Positions 26,767-32,936 of a stretch of 54,863 nt of DNA are shown here, piece after piece. The stretch is from a virus. Lineage: Duplodnaviria > Caudoviricetes. Made by a program: the position numbers and the translations under genes. The notes under the pieces are model-generated. The model did no database searches, was not told the DNA's origin, and saw only the letters and a list, made by a program, of their open reading frames with translations. Positions within the stretch are counted from its first letter, which is position 1; each line of letters begins with the position of its first letter. The stretch spans positions 1 to 54,863 of the IMG/VR virus record IMGVR_UViG_3300033273_000548; one strand, written 5' to 3'.

Positions 26767-26925
26767 GTTATATATTGGTTCAATTTTTAGCAACTGTTCA
26801 AAGTATTCGTGCAAGTGTATCCGATAGCAGGACCAGTATGTTACCCCTCGATATTTGAGTAGATAACAACTGGGTGGTCTGCTGTCTTTGTCCATGTCAT
26901 CATAATGATAGACATAGTTCTCCAT
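26755..26925 (-). CDS. Small DUF4278-like protein (56 aa, LKYRGVTY motif)
   Basis: Read manually: MENYVYHYDDMDKDSRPPSCYLLKYRGVTYWSC... Confidence 0.6.
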   Translation of the reverse strand: MENYVYHYDDMDKDSRPPSCYLLKYRGVTYWSCYRIHLHEYFEQLLKIEPIYNRRG

Positions 26926-27021
26926 TTATCTTTTGGTTAATAGAAGGACTTCTCCATAAATTAGAACAATAAAGCTTACACAAAACAAAGTTCCTAATCC
27001 AGCGACTTGTAGTGCTTGCAT
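26926..27021 (-). CDS. 31-aa hydrophobic peptide (MQALQVAGLGTLFCVSFIVLIYGEVLLLTKR)
   Basis: Fills the gap between two DUF4278-like ORFs; single transmembrane-like segment. Confidence 0.5.
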   Translation of the reverse strand: MQALQVAGLGTLFCVSFIVLIYGEVLLLTKR

Positions 27022-27025
27022 AGTT

Positions 27026-27190
27026 CTATTTATTATAAGTGTGTCCTCTATAGCAGAAAGTACCATGTACTTCGTCAGTTCCTGGTTGACACTCATACTT
27101 GACGCCACGATAAGTGGTCATCATGATTTGAGCATCGTGAAGAGCTGCTGCTTTCTTGATCTGATTACGAATGAGATTGAGTGTGTTCAT
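27026..27190 (-). CDS. DUF4278-like protein (54 aa; TYRGVKY and CYRGHTY motifs)
   Basis: Read manually: MNTLNLIRNQIKKAAALHDAQIMMTTYRGVKYE...; directly downstream of riboswitch-like element. Confidence 0.75.
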   Translation of the reverse strand: MNTLNLIRNQIKKAAALHDAQIMMTTYRGVKYECQPGTDEVHGTFCYRGHTYNK

Positions 27191-27199
27191 TTGTCGTTA

Positions 27200-27408
27200 C
27201 CTGAAAAAATGGGTGAGTTTTAAGTCTCCCGTTCCTTCAGTCGTTTGCGTCCCAATGACACTCAGGCACAGATTCCTTTACGGTTTCTACAAGTTCTACC
27301 TTCACCAAAGGAGGTAGATCTTGATGCTTAGAGATTCTCAACATAAGAGTCTCAGCATCCTGGCATGTCATTGTTGAATACAAAAGTAATTCAAACATGG
27401 GATGAACG
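27200..27408 (-). ncRNA. Glutamine-II (Downstream-peptide)-like riboswitch, unit 2, with ORF-sized P2 loop
   Basis: CGTTCA-TCCCA[...]TGGGA-CGCA-AACGACTGAA-GGAACG-GG; P1 CGTTC/GAACG; possible CTGAA/TTCAG pseudoknot next to the DUF4278 ribosome-binding site. Confidence 0.65.
27237..27398 (-). CDS. 53-aa protein embedded in riboswitch unit 2 (MFELLLYSTMTCQDAE...ECHWDAND)
   Basis: Uninterrupted ORF read manually; ATG in the P2 5' arm, stop in the aptamer 3' junction. Confidence 0.65.
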   Translation of the reverse strand: MFELLLYSTMTCQDAETLMLRISKHQDLPPLVKVELVETVKESVPECHWDAND

Positions 27409-27411
27409 CTC

Positions 27412-27644
27412 CGTTCCGCGACTTACTTGCGTCTCACACTAACATATCGTTACATTGACCTTCTACTTTCGATCTAAGATAACCTAGAAGATTATATTTA
27501 GATCGTCTGTCCAGATTGTCATCCATAAGGATTTCAATCTTCTGTTGTAAGAACCTTTCACACGACATGTGCCACCCATAAGGTGAGTCGTCGGCATGAT
27601 GGGCAAGGGTCAATGCCAGTAAGATACTGAGCATGAGATGAACG
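27412..27644 (-). ncRNA. Glutamine-II-like riboswitch, unit 1, with ORF-sized P2 loop
   Basis: CGTTCA-TCTCA[...]TGAGA-CGCA-AGTAAGTCGC-GGAACG; begins right after the predicted transcription start. Confidence 0.6.
27434..27634 (-). CDS. 66-aa protein with signal-peptide-like N-terminus, embedded in riboswitch unit 1
   Basis: MLSILLALTLAHHADD...; ATG in the P2 5' arm and TGA in the P2 3' arm. Confidence 0.65.
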   Translation of the reverse strand: MLSILLALTLAHHADDSPYGWHMSCERFLQQKIEILMDDNLDRRSKYNLLGYLRSKVEGQCNDMLV

Positions 27645-27652
27645 ATGTGGTC

Positions 27653-27681
27653 ATTATAGACCGTTCAAGCTATATAGTCAA
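27653..27681 (-). promoter_or_regulatory. Sigma70-like promoter driving the riboswitch operon
   Basis: TTGACT-17 nt-TATAAT; predicted start near 27646, at ATCGTTC. Confidence 0.75.
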
Positions 27682-27689
27682 GCAGTTTG

Positions 27690-27703
27690 GTAAAATGCGA
27701 TAC
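27690..27703. promoter_or_regulatory. Putative NtcA-binding site
   Basis: GTA-TCGCATTT-TAC (GTA-N8-TAC), 8 nt upstream of the -35 element. Confidence 0.45.
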
Positions 27704-27707
27704 AATT

Positions 27708-27923
27708 TTAAGAATTGTCAAGATTGTACTGCATTATCATAGCAAAAACTTTTGACTTTAAGATTTTAAGATACTCTTGTTCTTCTGCAGGTCTCCTAGG
27801 AGAACCAGGCCAGGCTTCGATTGAATAACAAATATGGTCATAGAAAACTCTAAGTTCGTCTATTCCCATATTCATTTGGCAATACCAATCGCCTTCAAAT
27901 AGTTCAAAAGCATCTTCGTCCAT
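27708..27923 (-). CDS. Hypothetical protein
   Basis: 71-aa ORF downstream of petE (WPGSPRRPAEEQEYL). Confidence 0.65.
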   Translation of the reverse strand: MDEDAFELFEGDWYCQMNMGIDELRVFYDHICYSIEAWPGSPRRPAEEQEYLKILKSKVFAMIMQYNLDNS

Positions 27924-27928
27924 ATAGT

Positions 27929-28252
27929 TTAATTAACGTGTACTGTACCGATCATACCAGCGCCTTTATGTGGAGCACACCAGTATGTGTAGTCACCTGT
28001 TTCAGTAAAGGTGACATCGAACTCTTCACCAGGAAGCAGTGCAAGTGCCTCATGATCAAGTTCGGGATGATCTTCCACGATTACATTGTGTGGTGGAAGC
28101 ATATTGTTGACAAAGTGAACAGATTCTCCTGTAGCAATAGTAACCTCTGCTGGATCAAAAACAAGGTTGCCATCGGCACCCATCATGACATCTACAGCCC
28201 AAGCAGGTGCAGCAAGAAAAAGTGTAGATAGTAGTGCAAAAAGAAATTTCAT
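27929..28252 (-). CDS. petE: Plastocyanin
   Basis: Signal peptide (AWA|V), PHNV, and YWCAPHKGAGM copper ligands. Confidence 0.96.
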   Translation of the reverse strand: MKFLFALLSTLFLAAPAWAVDVMMGADGNLVFDPAEVTIATGESVHFVNNMLPPHNVIVEDHPELDHEALALLPGEEFDVTFTETGDYTYWCAPHKGAGMIGTVHVN

Positions 28253-28324
28253 TGGGTATTTGCAACTAGTTTATGTAGGCGGATTTTCATCAAATGGGTT
28301 GTGTGCCCGTGACTACATTGTTAT

Positions 28325-28576
28325 TTAAGCAATTCCTTGTGCAATATCTAATGCTCTACTAGCAGTACGTACTAATCTATATTTCTTATTATTTTTTGTA
28401 TATGGTATAGACAATGAAAAACCCAGAAGATCACCATCTGGATCATCTGGGATACCTACTGGTTGAACAAAAAATATACCTGCGTGGGCAACACACTTCC
28501 AACCTATGTCTACAAAACCCAAATCTCTTAATGCACATTCAAGTTTTAAAGAGTAACATGCTTCCTCTAACTTCAT
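28325..28576 (-). CDS. Hypothetical protein
   Basis: ORF trimmed to ATG 28576. Confidence 0.6.
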   Translation of the reverse strand: MKLEEACYSLKLECALRDLGFVDIGWKCVAHAGIFFVQPVGIPDDPDGDLLGFSLSIPYTKNNKKYRLVRTASRALDIAQGIA

Positions 28577-28597
28577 GTACGGAAATCCGAACAATAA

Positions 28598-28792
28598 TTA
28601 TTTAGAGATTCTTTCTTCTAGTTCATTGATACGACTAAATTCTGCATATGCTTGTTCGGATCTTTCATGCAGAATATCCATGAGATCATCATAAATCACA
28701 TCAATCTCAACATAATCGTTGAAATAAGTTTCAAGGGCTTCTCTTAGGTATCTTTTACGATTCCATTCATGAGAATAGGGTTTGTAGTCCAT
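28598..28792 (-). CDS. Hypothetical protein (MDYKPYSHEW...)
   Basis: Trimmed to ATG 28792, downstream of a consensus promoter. Confidence 0.65.
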   Translation of the reverse strand: MDYKPYSHEWNRKRYLREALETYFNDYVEIDVIYDDLMDILHERSEQAYAEFSRINELEERISK

Positions 28793-28814
28793 GGTAATGA
28801 TATTATATGGTTCT

Positions 28815-28843
28815 ATTATAGAGTCATGGATTGTTTTTGTCAA
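28815..28843 (-). promoter_or_regulatory. Consensus sigma70 promoter
   Basis: TTGACA-17 nt-TATAAT. Confidence 0.8.
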
Positions 28844-28970
28844 TCCCAAGTTCTTCAAGGTAATCCAACCACCACTGAGGATCTTTACGTTGTTTCCAGC
28901 GAGGAACTTCCAAACCTCTCTCAGAGTACCACTCATAGAGTGCTTGATCTATTTTCTCAGAAATCTCCAT
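28824..28970 (-). CDS. Hypothetical protein (MEISEKIDQALYEWY...)
   Basis: Trimmed to ATG 28970. Confidence 0.55.
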   Translation of the reverse strand: MEISEKIDQALYEWYSERGLEVPRWKQRKDPQWWLDYLEELGIDKNNP

Positions 28971-29160
28971 CACCCTCTTCCTTTTCATCAACGTCTGCAT
29001 ATGCGTCTGCCACATAAGGTCCGTGTGGTTTGAGTGATTCTTCTCGGACATAGTTCTGTTCAGAATTTACAGCAGATACCCATACAGCGAGTTTCATTAC
29101 TATGTAGATAATAACAAGTGGTAAAAAGCATCCGATTAGTACGATAGTTTCAGAAGTCAT
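28957..29160 (-). CDS. Small membrane protein
   Basis: N-terminal hydrophobic helix. Confidence 0.6.
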   Translation of the reverse strand: MTSETIVLIGCFLPLVIIYIVMKLAVWVSAVNSEQNYVREESLKPHGPYVADAYADVDEKEEGDGDF

Positions 29161-29357
29161 TGATCAACCTCCCAACACTTTTCGAATTTGTCTCTTAATT
29201 CATTTAGAACAATTTGTTGTTGAAATTCTTGAATGTAATCATTTATAACTTTTTCTTCTTCTGTTAACTCCATACGATATCTCATCTTACAGTCAATGAG
29301 TTGAACCATGTTCATGTAATACTCAGTGCCCCTATTGATGAACTCTTCGTAGGTCAT
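29157..29357 (-). CDS. Hypothetical protein
   Basis: ATGA-coupled ORF. Confidence 0.6.
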   Translation of the reverse strand: MTYEEFINRGTEYYMNMVQLIDCKMRYRMELTEEEKVINDYIQEFQQQIVLNELRDKFEKCWEVDQ

Positions 29358-29554
29358 TTTTCTTTATTGACTACTTTTTCGTATTCGTCAAAACTAAATT
29401 CACTGGGTACAAGTTGATTTGCCAACTTATCTCTTAAATCATTAATTCTTTTTTCATCATACTGTTTAAATGAGCCCACTTTATCCACTTTCTTATAATA
29501 ATGAAGTGCATTAAGTATGATTGTATAATCTTCTAGTGTTAAATCAAAATTCAT
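29354..29554 (-). CDS. Hypothetical protein
   Basis: ATGA-coupled ORF. Confidence 0.6.
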   Translation of the reverse strand: MNFDLTLEDYTIILNALHYYKKVDKVGSFKQYDEKRINDLRDKLANQLVPSEFSFDEYEKVVNKEK

Positions 29555-29787
29555 AAGAACATTCCATTGTCACTCATGTACTTGAGTGTTTCTTTTAAGT
29601 TTCCTCTGTGGTTGAGTCCAATTGCGATTTGAGGATACTCTGCCTCACTACCAAACTCTGCACGAAACTGTCTATCACTGAAATCAACCCCAAGTAAAAA
29701 CTCCCTTACATCTTGATCACATGCTTCAAGAACCATTTTTGCTCTTTCTGATTCTTGACTACCGTTACCATAAACTAGTGCTTGCAT
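29551..29787 (-). CDS. Glutaredoxin-fold protein lacking CxxC
   Basis: ALVY..SQESERAK..EF...YPQI..G layout parallels the glutaredoxin at 31848-32084. Confidence 0.55.
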   Translation of the reverse strand: MQALVYGNGSQESERAKMVLEACDQDVREFLLGVDFSDRQFRAEFGSEAEYPQIAIGLNHRGNLKETLKYMSDNGMFL

Positions 29788-30104
29788 TAGTCTCTTTGCC
29801 TCCAATCATCAGGTTTGTCTTGTTTGAACCAATCAACAATCTCGTCCGCAGATTCAAATCCAGTTCTATAATTAGATGGGTCGGGATCTCCTAGTCCCAT
29901 CTTATTCATAAAATCGTCCATACTACCCTCCTGCATATCGGGATTAGCAGCCTGGCGTCTTGCTTTCCTTAACCATTCTCTAGCAGTGGTATTTGCCTTA
30001 CCAAGTTTTTCTGCCCAGATCATGTCTGACAATTCAACTTGTTCTCCCTGAACAATCTTTTTGCAGATTTCCTCAAGACGTTTACGGTATGCAGTAGAAA
30101 GCAT
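29787..30104 (-). CDS. Cyanophage-type hypothetical protein (MLSTAYRKRLEEIC..DWRQRD)
   Basis: 105-aa ORF; TAAATA upstream. Confidence 0.7.
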   Translation of the reverse strand: MLSTAYRKRLEEICKKIVQGEQVELSDMIWAEKLGKANTTAREWLRKARRQAANPDMQEGSMDDFMNKMGLGDPDPSNYRTGFESADEIVDWFKQDKPDDWRQRD

Positions 30105-30141
30105 GTATACCTCTCGTACTAAGAGTATTTAGAGTATTATA

Positions 30142-30468
30142 TCACCTTTCAATGTAACTTAATGTGTGATTTGATGCATTAAGTTGATGAATAATGACAT
30201 CACATCCGATCTTAGGATCACAATCTCCACAAGTAAAAATGTCTACAGCAGCTTCACCTTTTTCTGGCCAAGTATGAATACTAATATGACTTTCCGAAAG
30301 TAAAGTCAATACTGTCACTCCTTGTGGTTCAAATTTCTTGTAAATTGTCTGTACAACCGTAGCACGACTTACTGATGCTGCGTCTTCTAAAAGATCAATA
30401 AGAAATTTGTAATCATTTAATTTATCAAATGGACAACCATACAGGTTGAGCAAATAATGTTTACCCAT
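30142..30468 (-). CDS. speD: S-adenosylmethionine decarboxylase proenzyme
   Basis: FEPQGVT..LSESHISIHTWPE..DIFTCG pyruvoyl cleavage motif. Confidence 0.93.
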   Translation of the reverse strand: MGKHYLLNLYGCPFDKLNDYKFLIDLLEDAASVSRATVVQTIYKKFEPQGVTVLTLLSESHISIHTWPEKGEAAVDIFTCGDCDPKIGCDVIIHQLNASNHTLSYIER

Positions 30469-30711
30469 TTATGTAGGATTATCCTCCTGATCCTTGAGTA
30501 GGCGACTTACAATTTTTTCTTTCCCATCCATCATAGCAATAGTATATATTGAAGATCTCATATATCTTTTAAGTTTTTTATATTGCTTTTTAACGTCGTT
30601 AATTGCATCGAGATTCATCTCAATGTTGAGATCTCCCGACCTTATTTCTTTTTCTTGTTTTCCTTCGGGTTGTACCCCCACATCTTCGGGTTCACTGTTC
30701 CTTCTGTCCAT
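30469..30711 (-). CDS. Hypothetical protein (start uncertain)
   Basis: ORF abutting speD. Confidence 0.5.
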   Translation of the reverse strand: MDRRNSEPEDVGVQPEGKQEKEIRSGDLNIEMNLDAINDVKKQYKKLKRYMRSSIYTIAMMDGKEKIVSRLLKDQEDNPT

Positions 30712-30920
30712 TCCATTCCTCTAAAATCACGATATTTGTCCCAATACTGATCAAAGATATCAAGTTTAAGTCCTTGAACAATATCATATTTTTCTTCACC
30801 ATTGTCTCCATAAGTAACAAGATAAGTATCTCTTGGGAGATTTTTATCTTTTGCAGCTTCTGGTGAACAATTGGATTGAATTACGTTAATTGATTTACCC
30901 ACTAAGATCGATTGCCCCAC
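30642..30920 (-). CDS. Hypothetical protein
   Basis: DIFDQYWDKY..GTVNPKMWG; operon context. Confidence 0.65.
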   Translation of the reverse strand: MGQSILVGKSINVIQSNCSPEAAKDKNLPRDTYLVTYGDNGEEKYDIVQGLKLDIFDQYWDKYRDFRGMEWTEGTVNPKMWGYNPKENKKKK

Positions 30921-31456
30921 TGAATGTCTGGATAAGCTTCTGTAACTAGTTCTTTGGTGATATTAAATTTTGTTCCGAGTTTTTTATCTTTTGCAAGACA
31001 AACAATCTCACACTCTCCAGGATGAAGTTGTTCTAGAATATTGATGAACATCGTCTCTTTTTTTAGACGATTCATTGAATCATTACCACCTTTCACAAAA
31101 TTGTAAAATTTAGTCCACTCCTTACGAATTGAAGTTTGTGGATTTTTATCTGCGTCTTGTTTTGCTTGAATAGGAACTTCTCCCTCTGGGAGAACTGAGA
31201 CAATAGTATCATCAAAGTTCCAAATTAAAACAGACTTAATAAAGTTTTCATTGTAACTTCTTAGAATCTCAAGTTTTTTTGCCTTGGTTCTTTCTGAAGA
31301 AACTGCAGAGAAAATTTCATGGACAAATGAAGTCGGAGTTAATGAAATTTTCTCTGCTTTTTTTGTTGTTGGTTTACGAGTCGTAGTTTTCTTAACCGCA
31401 GACTTAGGAGCCGCAGGTTTTCTAGTTCTAGTCGTCGTCTTCTTCGTAGTCGTCAT
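30902..31456 (-). CDS. T4-like phage hypothetical protein with basic N-terminal tail
   Basis: LIWNFD..LPEGEVP..ETMFINILEQLHP.E; start trimmed to MTTTKK. Confidence 0.75.
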   Translation of the reverse strand: MTTTKKTTTRTRKPAAPKSAVKKTTTRKPTTKKAEKISLTPTSFVHEIFSAVSSERTKAKKLEILRSYNENFIKSVLIWNFDDTIVSVLPEGEVPIQAKQDADKNPQTSIRKEWTKFYNFVKGGNDSMNRLKKETMFINILEQLHPGECEIVCLAKDKKLGTKFNITKELVTEAYPDIQWGNRS

Positions 31457-31652
31457 AGCTATTTTCAAATCGTACTGCAATTACTTCATCAGGAATAATC
31501 TGTCCATTTTCATCAAACATTTCTGGATGAGCGAAAACTTGTTGTGGAGTGTTGAATAATATATGTTCTTTGGCCAACCAACCGATGATTCCACCGATCA
31601 TTAAGAACATAACCGTTACCATACAGTATATGGTAATAATTGGTGCTGTCAT
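31428..31652 (-). CDS. Small membrane protein
   Basis: Transmembrane-like helix then HPEMFDENG. Confidence 0.65.
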   Translation of the reverse strand: MTAPIITIYCMVTVMFLMIGGIIGWLAKEHILFNTPQQVFAHPEMFDENGQIIPDEVIAVRFENSYDDYEEDDD

Positions 31653-31656
31653 GGCC

Positions 31657-31851
31657 CTACCTCCGAGATTCTGCTTTTTTTATATCGAATGAGAAGTTAA
31701 AGTAAAAATGAATCTCTCGTCTGAGAAGAGAAACCATCTTACCAAAACTAATTTGAAACGTTTTAGGTGTTTCGGGTTTTTCTCCTCCTTTTCGTAGTAA
31801 CAATTCCACACCTTTATTTAGGTGGAGCTCTTTACCCCCTCCCATAATCAA
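31657..31851 (-). CDS. Hypothetical protein
   Basis: LNKGVELLLR; operon context. Confidence 0.55.
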   Translation of the reverse strand: MIMGGGKELHLNKGVELLLRKGGEKPETPKTFQISFGKMVSLLRREIHFYFNFSFDIKKAESRR

Positions 31852-32084
31852 ATCAAAGAAATTTCTTTAAGATACTCGATAGTATCTGTGCATCCGCCTA
31901 AAGGTTTTTCACCAAGGACAACCTGTGGGAAAGTCGATCCTTTACCAAACTGAGTATAAAACTCGTCTTTGGTGAAATCCTCATCTAGCATGTGAATTTG
32001 ATAGTCTTTCCCACAAAGTTCCAAAACTGTTTTTATTTTATAACAGAAAGGGCAATCTTTTTTTGAATAAACTGTAAATTTCAT
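31848..32084 (-). CDS. nrdC: Glutaredoxin
   Basis: CPFC active site, TFPQV, GGCTD. Confidence 0.9.
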   Translation of the reverse strand: MKFTVYSKKDCPFCYKIKTVLELCGKDYQIHMLDEDFTKDEFYTQFGKGSTFPQVVLGEKPLGGCTDTIEYLKEISLI

Positions 32085-32123
32085 TTACCAATAAAAATAT
32101 TTTGTGGTCAGATGTGTATCGAA

Positions 32124-32152
32124 ATACTACACTAAAAGGATTAATCTGTCAA
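32124..32152 (-). promoter_or_regulatory. Sigma70-like promoter upstream of glutaredoxin
   Basis: TTGACA-17 nt-TAGTAT. Confidence 0.6.
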
Positions 32153-32350
32153 TTATTCCTCCAAAGGCCCACCAGTTCGCCAAGGTCTTGGTTTTGATGC
32201 AGGTTTTTGCTTCAATTGTTGTACCAAATGATCAGCAAATGCTTCCATCTTATCAGGATGAATTTGTACGATTCCCGCTTCTTTTACTGCATTGTTGATG
32301 CTGTAGATTTCGTTGTCGTCCAGTTTTCTGCCGTCAGCTGGAAGGGTCAT
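32153..32350 (-). CDS. Hypothetical protein
   Basis: 65-aa ORF with GGAG upstream. Confidence 0.6.
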   Translation of the reverse strand: MTLPADGRKLDDNEIYSINNAVKEAGIVQIHPDKMEAFADHLVQQLKQKPASKPRPWRTGGPLEE

Positions 32351-32435
32351 AAGAAAGGCTCCGTTTGATTGTGTTAGTATTTTAACACACGATCTAGTAA
32401 TATCTAGTAGACTTAATTATTTTTTTAGATTTCAG

Positions 32436-32909
32436 TTACCCATAGTTATAAAGCTTCCATTCTTCGACGTTGGTTTTCTGAAGATCGAAGATCATTTTAT
32501 TGACGGGAGCTCTTGGTTTTCTAACCAATTTCATGTTTGTTTGTTCAAGCAACATACTACCTTTCTTGGTATTGCAAGAGCTACATGCAACTACAAGATT
32601 TTCCCAAGTATCACCGCCACCTTTACATCTAGGAATTACATGATCGATAGTTAGTTTTGATTTGGCACCACAATATTGACAAGTATAACTATCTCTTTTA
32701 TAAATCATCGAACGAGATGGAGAGATATTCATAATCTTAGCTAAAGGAAGTCGTACATAATTTAAAAGTCTTATTACTCTTCCAGAAAGAACTTGTGCCT
32801 TTTCTTTAAGTAACAAGACTACTGCTCTTTTCCAACTTGTGAAGTTTATTGGTTCGTAACTAGAATTTAGAACCAACACTGTTTGGTAGGGTGATATGGG
32901 AAGTTCCAT
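32436..32909 (-). CDS. HNH endonuclease (McrA-like)
   Basis: RD.YTCQYCG..LTIDHVIPR.KGG..WENLVVACSSCNTKKG. Confidence 0.92.
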   Translation of the reverse strand: MELPISPYQTVLVLNSSYEPINFTSWKRAVVLLLKEKAQVLSGRVIRLLNYVRLPLAKIMNISPSRSMIYKRDSYTCQYCGAKSKLTIDHVIPRCKGGGDTWENLVVACSSCNTKKGSMLLEQTNMKLVRKPRAPVNKMIFDLQKTNVEEWKLYNYG

Positions 32910-32936
32910 AATTGGTCTACGTACACATAGTATCTA

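Noticed and set aside
27230-27644. Self-splicing intron or tRNA interpretation of the paired flanks around the two small ORFs
   Set aside because: No group I/II core or cloverleaf was seen. The flanks match the glutamine-riboswitch scaffold better.
32436-32909. HNH as an intron-encoded homing endonuclease
   Set aside because: The flanking genes look intact and no split gene or group I intron core was recognised, so it is treated as free-standing.
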